Source: Carpediemonas membranifera BICM (Eukaryota; Protista; Fornicata). From it: a DNA stretch of 64,000 bases. The DNA lies in assembly GCA_019828565.1 (NCBI GenBank), contig JAHDYR010000012.1, forward strand, positions 248,001-312,000, read 5' to 3'. The notes below the pieces were generated by a model that saw nothing but the letters and a program-made list of their open reading frames with translations, had not been told where the DNA came from and made no database searches. Of this stretch, positions 31,983 to 40,683 are shown in pieces. The number at the start of each line of letters is the position of its first letter. Position 1 is the first letter of the stretch. A program made the position numbers and the translations under genes.

Positions 31983-32141
31983 GATTTTTTAGTTTTTGGT
32001 CGTTTTGTCGTGATTTGAAGTATCATAGAGTGCACAGTGCAAGCAGTAAAGTAGGACTCTTGTTGTATCGAGACCTCGTGGTTGTTTATAGCAGTTTAGC
32101 CGCCGCGTCGTGGCAGCGATGCCCTTCCATCTCGGAACGTC

Positions 32142-33764
32142 TCAAGCAGTAGCGTCGACTTTGATGCAGCTGAGTGCCTCGATCTGCCTGGTCCTCCCCT
32201 CCACGCTCTTCACCCGCACGTGCTTCGCGTCCGGGGACGACATGTTGACCTTGATCCACTGCCCTGCCTTTGTCTGGCAGAACAGGGCCGGGGTTCCGTG
32301 CGGCAGGACTCGGGCAACAGCGACAATGTCGAACCGCACCATCCTCGTGCGAACAGTCCTCGCCTGGCCCTCCTGGCCCACGATCTCGAGGGTGATGGAG
32401 GTCTTGCCTGAGTAGCCAACAACGAGGAGCTCGTACGTGCAGTAGATCCGACACACGGGCGACTTGAATTGCAGCGCCGTGGGCACACGACACCCCTGAT
32501 TCGGTAGGAACCCAGGGAGCAGGCCAGCAGAGATAATGACTGGCTCTACCGGCCCCATCGCCAGAAGCCGCCGTCCGCTGAGGAAGAGGGTGGTCGAGCC
32601 CCCAGGGAGGACCCGGTCGACCCTGTGCTCGAGGTTGTTGAACACCGCGCCCTGCTCGGTACCCATCATAAAGCCGCCGTTCGGCCCCGCGATCATCTGC
32701 CGGTTGCCCATCGACACCACCATCGTGTGACAGCCCGCCATGATGCTGTCCGGGATGAATCCGTCGGGCAGGGGGACGGGGTAGATCGTGTCGAAGTGGG
32801 GGTCCGTCATGGGCCCGACTGTGTACTGGCTCAGCCACCCCGCACTGGCCATACCCGCAGGAGTCAGGAGGAGCATGCCGTCATAGAGGTACGCCGTCGT
32901 CAGCAGCTCGTGCTTGTGCCAGGGCGGGAGCTTTGCCTCATACTGGGCGATCTTAGGGCAGTGCTCGAACCCCAGGCGGGCCGGCGCAGTCATGGGCGAC
33001 TCGTCGTCCGCGGCGTTGAAGTGGATCACACGCTCGCCCCGCCGCTCGAGCCCGAACACCCCGCGGGGCGTGTTGAGGAGTATTGTGCGGTCCCCCATGC
33101 CGAAGACCGCCGAAGCGGGCGGGGCGGGGACTCTGGCGAAGACGTTGATGCCTGCTGCTGGGACCAGCTCGAACAGACGGCCAGCGTATAGTCGATGGGC
33201 GTGGCTGCGGCGGTACTCGAAGCCAACCGCCTTGCCGTCTTTCAGTGCAATCTGATGTGCGAAGAAGGTCTTCTTGCAGAGGAACCAGAGACATTTGTCG
33301 GCCTGACTGTAGTCTAGCTTGTTCTTCTTCGCCTGCCGCTCCGTTCTTCCCAGGTCGGGGTCTGCGCCACATGCCATGAAGGCCGCCCACAGCGTGCCCT
33401 GGAGCAGGGTGTGCATGGCTACCGGGAGCTCCTGCCCTTCCGCCAGCTCGACGTTCATGGACAGCGGGGGGCCGTCTGTGAGGATCGAGCGGGCGCGGTC
33501 GAGGAGGACTTGCGCTTCGCCATTGAGAGGAGGCAAGTTGTCGAGCAGGGAAATGAGGGATTCCAGCTGATTATCATCTGCGGGTGTTTCATTGCTCTCA
33601 GGATCCTCGATCGAGGGAATATTCTCGTGGAAGTGGCGCGAGTAGGCGTGTTTAAGCAGAGAAGGAATGTCTCCGGGTACCTTGAGTGTTGTAACCATTG
33701 AAATCAGATGAGCTTCAAAGAGAGCATCTCTCCCATCATTTGGTGTCGAGCTATTGTGGCTCAT
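32142..33764 (-). CDS. Hypothetical beta-rich protein (possibly degenerate RCC1/BLIP-II-like, lineage-specific family)
   Basis: 540-aa ATG ORF with short Gly-linked beta-strand repeats; no firm motif. Confidence 0.55.
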   Translation of the reverse strand: MSHNSSTPNDGRDALFEAHLISMVTTLKVPGDIPSLLKHAYSRHFHENIPSIEDPESNETPADDNQLESLISLLDNLPPLNGEAQVLLDRARSILTDGPPLSMNVELAEGQELPVAMHTLLQGTLWAAFMACGADPDLGRTERQAKKNKLDYSQADKCLWFLCKKTFFAHQIALKDGKAVGFEYRRSHAHRLYAGRLFELVPAAGINVFARVPAPPASAVFGMGDRTILLNTPRGVFGLERRGERVIHFNAADDESPMTAPARLGFEHCPKIAQYEAKLPPWHKHELLTTAYLYDGMLLLTPAGMASAGWLSQYTVGPMTDPHFDTIYPVPLPDGFIPDSIMAGCHTMVVSMGNRQMIAGPNGGFMMGTEQGAVFNNLEHRVDRVLPGGSTTLFLSGRRLLAMGPVEPVIISAGLLPGFLPNQGCRVPTALQFKSPVCRIYCTYELLVVGYSGKTSITLEIVGQEGQARTVRTRMVRFDIVAVARVLPHGTPALFCQTKAGQWIKVNMSSPDAKHVRVKSVEGRTRQIEALSCIKVDATA

Positions 33765-33920
33765 CGATCATCAAGTCGTCGGTCAGTCGAGCAGTCGGCT
33801 GACCAGATACGACAAGCGCACCATGACCATGGAACGGGCATGTTGGCCGGAGAAGCCGTAGCTGCGCCTGTAGCCCCCATGCCCACCGGACGACCGCAGC
33901 GCAGTTTTGCACCATTGAAT

Positions 33921-34245
33921 TGTGGTATTTAGAGGTTTTATGTGGAGGATTCATGTAAAGGTGACTTAAGCTGTCGACCCCCCTGGGATGAACTCCAGAG
34001 GACTGAACAGGTTCAGTCTGACGGCCCACCTGTCGTACACCAGAAGGGTAGCGGACATGAGGGCGTCGGCGATGGTAAGAGCGACGGTTCTGGGCGGGAT
34101 CTTGGTTCTCGCTCCAGCAGAAACTAGGAATGCGGCAGCTTTGGACGCGCACATTGGGATGTTGGAGCCATCCGGCCGCGGATTGATCACAGTTGGTTTG
34201 ACGCGGAAGTGTTTAGACTCAACAATTCTAATCCTGCGCGGCACA
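33921..34245. repeat. Terminal TG...CA unit of family A copy 2 (325 bp, includes extra 177-bp segment 34035-34211)
   Basis: Aligns to 1932-2056 and 44558-44680 on both sides of the extra segment. Confidence 0.8.
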
Positions 34246-34660
34246 CTACCTCCACTCACCCACTTCAGCCCTCGTCTGTACCATCGGGCTTTCGTGCTTT
34301 CAGTCGTCGGTCGGCACGAAAAGATGCGTCGTCCATCGTCTGTGTAGAACGCTGCTGTCTTCTTTCGCGTCTGTGCTCGTCTGTTACGCGCTCATCTGTC
34401 GTCCATTGCCGGCGTCTGAAGCTCATGTCGTCGTCGTCTTCGTCATCTTCGTCTGTTGTGAGAGACACTAGTGGTGGAAAGCGGTTGTAACTAGTAGTAA
34501 AGACGCTTTGTGCTGTATGATGCTGGTTTCTTGTGTTTTGAGGGATGCTGATGAACCCTGAAAAGAAATGATCGATGCAGGCAGCTCAATAGACTCCGCC
34601 TTCCAAGATATACACGGTGAAGGCTTCCGTTAACAAGGCCATTGGCGAGATTAACGTAAC

Positions 34661-35574
34661 GTGACGGTTTGGGTGGGTCGCGAGAAATACCGTGGCGGTC
34701 GGGTGGCTGACCGGCCCACGTACAAAAAGGGTAGCAATAACAAGCGGGCTCGGCTCGGTCAGGATGACGCCGAGGCTACTCCTGCCCCGGACATTCAAGC
34801 TCTCATGGGCTTCGACCCTGGTGCTCGGTCGCTGGGCGGCTACACGATCCGCCGCCCAGACGGGCAGAGTGTATCTGGCGTACTCGCTAAGTGTGGCTAC
34901 ACTGCCACCCCCTCTTTCCGCGTGAATATGAGCGCAGCATCGTTCAAAACGACAAGACTAGAGGCTCTCAAACAGTCGATTAGGTTTGTCCATGAGAAGA
35001 AGAACATCGTTCAGATCATCAACGAGGGGATGAGAAAGTGTTTCCGCCGTGCGACTTTTGCCAATCACCGTCTGCGCCAGAAGCACTTCGCTCGGGCTGG
35101 ACGTCAACTCCTGGATGATCTCGGCGGGCGCCCCCGGAGCCCATTCACCTCGAAGTCGCGTATGGGGCTGCACTGTTCGGTTCCGCCGGCACTCCCTCCT
35201 GTGCTCCGTACCGCAACTTTGCTCGAGCACTTCCTGGCATAATGCTCCGGCACAACGTCGTCGTGAGTGTCAACATGGTCTCCGAATTCCGCACTTCCAT
35301 CGTATGCCCATACTGCAAAGCACACTTCAGACGTGTGGTGCACACACACCGCACCATGCTCTGCCAGAATCCCGCGTGCGAGGGAGCTCCATGGCGCGTT
35401 GAACGGCTACGTCGGCATCCCGAGCAGAGTGACATACTTCTCAATCTCTCTCACCGAGATAAGAGCGCCAGCGAGAACATCCTTTGGTGCACCTTCGATG
35501 CAACTTCAGATCAGATAGAGCAATCTCCTTTCCACTACGACTCCCAGAGAGGTGCTCTTCCTCGCTATCATTAA
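34661..35574 (+). pseudogene. Fanzor-like nuclease, frameshifted
   Basis: Same protein as 600-1478, but C5 at 35131-35135 versus C6 in copy 1 splits the ORF (real mutation or homopolymer sequencing error). Confidence 0.8.
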
Positions 35575-35718
35575 CTTGCTAAGTTGAGCAAGCACGCGCT
35601 GCAGCGCGCGTGATATGCAGCGCACGATTGATGGAGTATGATGAACCACACTGCGATCCTGATGCTGCTTGGATCACTGTGTGTTTTGGACTCAACAATT
35701 CTAATCCTGCGCGGCACA
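35575..35718 (+). ncRNA. Putative omegaRNA scaffold (copy 2)
   Basis: Reverse complement of 456-599 with the same three hairpins. Confidence 0.6.
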
Positions 35719-35721
35719 TGA

Positions 35722-37041
35722 ATGTCTGCTGGGAACCTTTGGGTCCTAGCCGCCGTTATTGTGTGTGTAGCAGCAGGAGACGTTCCCATCATACGACCTC
35801 CATGTACAAAACTGCTCATCCCCAACGACACCGTCACTGAGCTCCAGGAAAAGTGCTTTGGAGCCGCACTTCAGTTCACCGACGACTATTTGATAGTGGG
35901 GTCATGCTCAGAGGCGATTCACGTGTTCAGTAACGCAGGAACAGTCTACCTCTTTCCGCTGGACGATCTTTCCAGCCCGATCACCGTCAGGCCGCCCTTC
36001 CCAGCCTCCAACGCCGCCTTTGGAGACGTAATTGCCGCCACGAACGACTTCCTCTTCGTCAAGGACAACAGCCTCCCGAACGCTGCCGTCAGTGTCTTCG
36101 TTTTCACTCTGCCCGATGTCCGACACACCCAGACGCTCAGTCCTACGAACCAAAGCGCCACAAGCATTGCCGCGTCTATAGAAGCTTGCGGCGACCTCCT
36201 CATTATCGGCGTCCCAAACACGCGGCAGGACGCCTTCACCCTCGGCGCGGCCTTCCTCTTCCGTCTCGACCCCGAGACCCAGAGATGGAAGTTCTCACAA
36301 CGGGTTCGGGGCAACGCCGAGAACGAGCTGTTTGGCATGAAGGTAGTTATCGGCAATGACTGCGCTACCTTCTTCGCTGCCCGGTTCAGGGACACCACCC
36401 GCCGCCTGACGATCCACGTCTTCGACCTCGACCCCGCCCTGGGCCTATTTATCCACACAGACACCCTTCCCACCAACTTCGTGGACATGGCCGCCCTGGG
36501 TCCCGCCCTGGTCATGTCCGAGTGCCCAGACCGCATCGCACTGATGTACCAGATCACACGGGAGTCTGGGCGGTGGGCCATCGCTCACTCCGTCCCTCCG
36601 CCCGCTAGCGTCATCCAGGACTCCTTCGCCAGTGCGTTGGCCATCGGGGTCGGCCCCACGGTGTACTTCAGTGCCGGGTCGACCGAGATCCTCCGACTCC
36701 GGGGTGGGTCATGGGCCGCACTCAAGTCTGGCATGACCCAGCCCGGGGAACAGATGGGCGTGGCAATCGCTGCCCACGGCCATCTCGTAGCGGTGTCCAG
36801 CGCCACCAACGACGGGCACAGCGCAGTGTACCTCTTCGCTGAGCGGGCCGACCATGGTCTGGTCTCCCGCCTGGTGCTCTGGGCGATCGGGCACAAGGCC
36901 TGGGCCGCTCTGTGGCTGTTCGTCGGGCTGACGGTGTGCGCTGCATACACCGCGGCGTCCATCGTGTTCGCAGGCAGCGGGACAGCGTTGCTATGGGCGT
37001 TCTCCTGGAAAGGCCGGCCGACGGACTACGACTATTTGTAG
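35722..37041 (+). CDS. Surface protein with FG-GAP-like beta-propeller repeats and C-terminal TM helix
   Basis: Signal peptide, repeated FG...(LIVG)...GxVY/F units and hydrophobic C-terminus. Confidence 0.75.
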   Translation: MSAGNLWVLAAVIVCVAAGDVPIIRPPCTKLLIPNDTVTELQEKCFGAALQFTDDYLIVGSCSEAIHVFSNAGTVYLFPLDDLSSPITVRPPFPASNAAFGDVIAATNDFLFVKDNSLPNAAVSVFVFTLPDVRHTQTLSPTNQSATSIAASIEACGDLLIIGVPNTRQDAFTLGAAFLFRLDPETQRWKFSQRVRGNAENELFGMKVVIGNDCATFFAARFRDTTRRLTIHVFDLDPALGLFIHTDTLPTNFVDMAALGPALVMSECPDRIALMYQITRESGRWAIAHSVPPPASVIQDSFASALAIGVGPTVYFSAGSTEILRLRGGSWAALKSGMTQPGEQMGVAIAAHGHLVAVSSATNDGHSAVYLFAERADHGLVSRLVLWAIGHKAWAALWLFVGLTVCAAYTAASIVFAGSGTALLWAFSWKGRPTDYDYL

Positions 37042-37101
37042 AATAATAATAAACTGTCACTCTCTCCAGTTTAAAAGGTACATTATAACAACACGCAGAT
37101 C

Positions 37102-39240
37102 TCAGATGTCCAGGGGGCTAAAGCCGATGTCTGCTAGCTTCATCGCGAGGTTCTGTTCAAAGTGGGATGAAATGTTCAGCAGGTTACGGTTGGCCTTGCC
37201 CCTCTCGATCTCGAATATTGCCTGGAGCCGCTCGCGTTCGATCGGGTCAACCACAGACTGTAGCATGAGCGCACGCTCGGCCTCCTTCTGCTGCTCCTCC
37301 ATCACCAGCCGAAGCATGCTCTCGTTCTGGGTCCGCCGGAGCTCATCAGCCATCATACGCGCCTCACGGATGCCAGCACCGCGCCGTCTAACAAACCGCT
37401 GCCGCCTGTCAGCAGTGGGTCGCCGCATCGCCCTCGGCCTGGCAGTGGGGGGCTTGGCCGGACGAAGACCAGGGGCAGACGTCGCCCTGTACGGCTTGGG
37501 CAGGGCAGGCTCTGACGCGGCGCCCCTGGCCTTGGGGCCCAGTCGCGGTGTCCTGCTCGGCTTGGCCTGTGGCTGTGGTTGGTTGGACCCGCTGTTCTCG
37601 GCCGTACCGATGCGGGGCAGCGTGGTCGACTTGGCATGGGACTGACGCGGCCTCAGTGCGGGTGAGCTGCGGAAGATGTCGGCCGTCGACAGCTTGGAGG
37701 GGCTCTGCGCCTGCTCAATGGCGACCTTGATGACGTCCTTGCCCACGGCTTTCACCAGACCGTCAGACATCTTGCCCGTCTTCTGCATCTGGGCGATCTC
37801 TTGGTTGATCATCGCCTTTTGCTGGGCTGTACGATTCCGCATTTTAAGGCGCTGCATCCTGACGCGTTTGAGGTCCTGTTCGTGCGACTCCAGCGCATGG
37901 TCGCGCTCCTTCAGCTGCTGTTCGAACACTGCGGCCCGATACTCGTGCTTCCTCTCCTCCATCTGAACCATTCGGCGCTTGTCGTCGGCTACTAGGCGGT
38001 CCTTCTCGGCCTTGATGAGCTTCTCTCGCTCCTCCTCCTCCTTCTTGCGGCGCTGGCGCTCCTCCCTGGCTTCCACCTGACGTTGGATGCTCGCGATGCG
38101 GTCCTCCTCTTCTTTCTTCATCTTCTCGGCCACGGCAAGGCGATGCTGCTCCTTCTCGGCCTCAGCCTTCGCACGGTCAGCCGCCTCCTGCTGGCGTCTG
38201 GCCTCGAGTTCGAGCCGTTGCTCCTCGGACTTCTTCTGGCGCTCCTTCATCTTCCTCCTGCGGTCGGCCTCCTCCTGCTGCATCTTGGCAGTAACCTCGG
38301 CAAGACGCCTCGCCGTTTCCTCCTGCTGGCGCCTCGCCTCCTCCTGCCTCTTCGCCTTCTCCGCCTCGAGAGCCGCGATACGTGCTTGCTCCCTCGCTTC
38401 CATGTCCTGAAGCATTCGGGTCTTCATCACGTCCTGCTTGGCCTGCATCGCCGCGACCTTCGCCTCGTGCTCCTTCTTCTTGTCCAGGAGCATCATTTCT
38501 CTCGCCTCGGCCGCCTCTCGCCGTTCCTTCTCTTCCCGTCGCCGCCTCTGCGCCATTTCACGCTCCTGGGCCATCGCCTTCCGCTTGAGCCGGTCGGCCG
38601 CCTTCGCCTCACGGGCAGCCTTCGCCTTTCGCTCGGCCACTCGCTTCGCCTCTGCATCAGCGGCCTTCTTGCGCGCCTCCTGCTTTTCCCGCTCCCGCTG
38701 TTCCATGCGCTGCTGCTCGCGAGCAAGACGGCGCTGGTTTTCCTCCTCGATACGCTTCTTGGTCAGCTCGAGGGCGAGCACCTGCTGCACCTCTTGCAAC
38801 TGCTTCCGTTTGGCCGCCTCGAGACGCTGGGCCTCGAGGGCGACAGCAGTGCTACTCTTGCCCCGCTTGAGCCCGGAGAGACTTGGAGAGTTGTTCATAC
38901 TATCGGAAGAGCTTAGTTCGCTCCGGATCATGTCCATGTATTGCTTCCGGCGAGCAGCGTAATGATCGAAGCGGACCTTGACGATGTCTTTCGGTAACCC
39001 GGCAGATTCACTGCGAACGTCGGCCATTGTGTACTCCTTAAGGTCTTCTGGAACAAGTCCGAGGTGCTTAAGTGCTTCTTTCACCTCTGTGGAGCTCAGA
39101 TCGAGCGGATCTTCTGGTTCTTGGTCAAATTCGCCGTCATTGTTTTCAGACTCCGGGGAATCGGATGAATCGTCCTCAAAGTCAGACGCTGGATCGAAGT
39201 CGTCGTCGCTGGGCTGCTCCTGAGGCTCGTGCGAGCTCAT
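37102..39240 (-). CDS. Long charged coiled-coil protein
   Basis: E/K/R/Q-rich ~710-aa ORF. Confidence 0.7.
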   Translation of the reverse strand: MSSHEPQEQPSDDDFDPASDFEDDSSDSPESENNDGEFDQEPEDPLDLSSTEVKEALKHLGLVPEDLKEYTMADVRSESAGLPKDIVKVRFDHYAARRKQYMDMIRSELSSSDSMNNSPSLSGLKRGKSSTAVALEAQRLEAAKRKQLQEVQQVLALELTKKRIEEENQRRLAREQQRMEQREREKQEARKKAADAEAKRVAERKAKAAREAKAADRLKRKAMAQEREMAQRRRREEKERREAAEAREMMLLDKKKEHEAKVAAMQAKQDVMKTRMLQDMEAREQARIAALEAEKAKRQEEARRQQEETARRLAEVTAKMQQEEADRRRKMKERQKKSEEQRLELEARRQQEAADRAKAEAEKEQHRLAVAEKMKKEEEDRIASIQRQVEAREERQRRKKEEEEREKLIKAEKDRLVADDKRRMVQMEERKHEYRAAVFEQQLKERDHALESHEQDLKRVRMQRLKMRNRTAQQKAMINQEIAQMQKTGKMSDGLVKAVGKDVIKVAIEQAQSPSKLSTADIFRSSPALRPRQSHAKSTTLPRIGTAENSGSNQPQPQAKPSRTPRLGPKARGAASEPALPKPYRATSAPGLRPAKPPTARPRAMRRPTADRRQRFVRRRGAGIREARMMADELRRTQNESMLRLVMEEQQKEAERALMLQSVVDPIERERLQAIFEIERGKANRNLLNISSHFEQNLAMKLADIGFSPLDI

Positions 39241-39342
39241 GATGTTTGGGAAAATTCGGTACATATTTGCTGCCGTATCACATAAATGCCTCAGCCTGGT
39301 AAGATATCTTTATGCGCGCTAATGTAGGACCACCATGCAGTG

Positions 39343-40383
39343 CTATTCCTCCGTAACGAGCTTGTGGAGCTCCCGGGCGACCCTTGCTTCTCTCTTGTAC
39401 ACGGTCACAGGCTCCTTGTACGTCCCAGCACGCCCCCGCACCTGCCGACTGACGGTGTAGCCCGTCCGCTTGGAGTGGAGCTGGCGCACGGCCATCATGA
39501 CGAGGTCGAGCTCGCCCTTGGTGATGTCATGACGGGAGATGAGATGGGTTCGAACATCGTTGGCCTTACCGAACCTCTGGGGGCATCCTTCCATGGGACA
39601 TCCATACGGCCGCTTGTGGACGTCCCTGATGTGTTGAGTGAGGTTGGGGAAGATCTTACCTGGGTGAGCGTGGGGCATGGGACAAACCACAGTCGGAGCA
39701 CCAGAAGCGGCGCCGCTGCTCAAAGGGGAGCATCTCCTCGTGCTCGGCCGCAAAGTGCGCGTTGATGTCGTAGTAGCACTTCTTACACTTGGGGCACTGG
39801 TGCTTCCCGACCTCGGCGTCCGTGAGGGACTCGGGGTGCATCGAGATGCGATGCCGCACGATGAAGGCAGGCCCGTGAGCCGCGTACTGCCGGCAGACGG
39901 GGCAGACCAGGTGCTGGTGCTCGTCGAGCATGTGCTGGAGCATGTCCTGCCGGGTGGGGAAGCCTAGGCCGCAGCTCTCCTTCAGACAGGCGATGAGGTC
40001 ATGCGTGCTCTCTGAGTAACGGCGCGGGAGGGAACAAACCGATATGGGCATCGCGGCGGGCCTTAGTGGTGAACGTCTCGCCGCAGACCTTGCTCCCGGT
40101 GAGGCAGTTGCCTGTATAATGTGTGCATTGTAGCTTTGAACCTACATCGGAAGGAGGGCTTCTTGCCTTCTCGCGGATGACGAGCGTGGCGCGGGCTAAA
40201 TTCAGCTTGATCGATGCTACTCCGCGAGCTCTGGCCCTCGTTTGACCTTCCTCTGCTTGACACGAGCGGCTCCAGCTGTGAGAGTGGTGCCGCGGAAACT
40301 TCCGGGCTCAAAGCGGCACCGGAAGCTTCACACAACGTTCCTACATTTGAAACTTCGCTTCCCGGATGAGAGATTGCCGACAT
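39343..40383 (-). CDS. Multi-C2H2 zinc-finger protein; introns 40112-40145, 40012-40039, 39660-39687 (start uncertain)
   Basis: Removing three 28-34 nt GT-AG introns gives continuous C2H2 fingers, e.g. CSDCGKIFPNLTQHIRDVH and CPMEGCPQRF...HLISRH. Confidence 0.82.
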
Positions 40384-40683
40384 TCCGTCTATCGAAAGGT
40401 GAGCTTTTCTGCTTGCGAACCGATATAGTTGAACGCCGATCTTGTCACGTCCAGCCAAGTTCTCGATTCCTGGGGTAGGCCGACGGGGCGCATCCCGCCC
40501 ACTGCCCTGCCCTCGCTTGTTTCTCCCTGTGTCATTCGCTGAATGCTGCAGGTCGTAAATGGCTGCCGCGGGGGTGGCGTGGATGTTGTCACATGTTACT
40601 GTGTATTAATAGACAGTTGTTAACATACACTCGAACTCCCAACCACCCGCATGTGAGCATGCTTTATTATAACTAAACTGCAC

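Larger units (their letters stand above)
33921..35718 (+). mobile_element. Fanzor-carrying element family A, copy 2 (TGTG...CACA, 5-bp TSD TGAAT)
   Basis: TGAAT at both 33916-33920 and 35719-35723. Near-identical to 456-2056. Terminal motif at 34216-34245 and 35689-35718. Confidence 0.93.

Noticed and set aside
39343-40458. Apparent frameshifted pseudogenes (also GPN3, Rab, p24, BUD20, SPEF1, Miro)
   Set aside because: Each break is explained by a short consensus intron.
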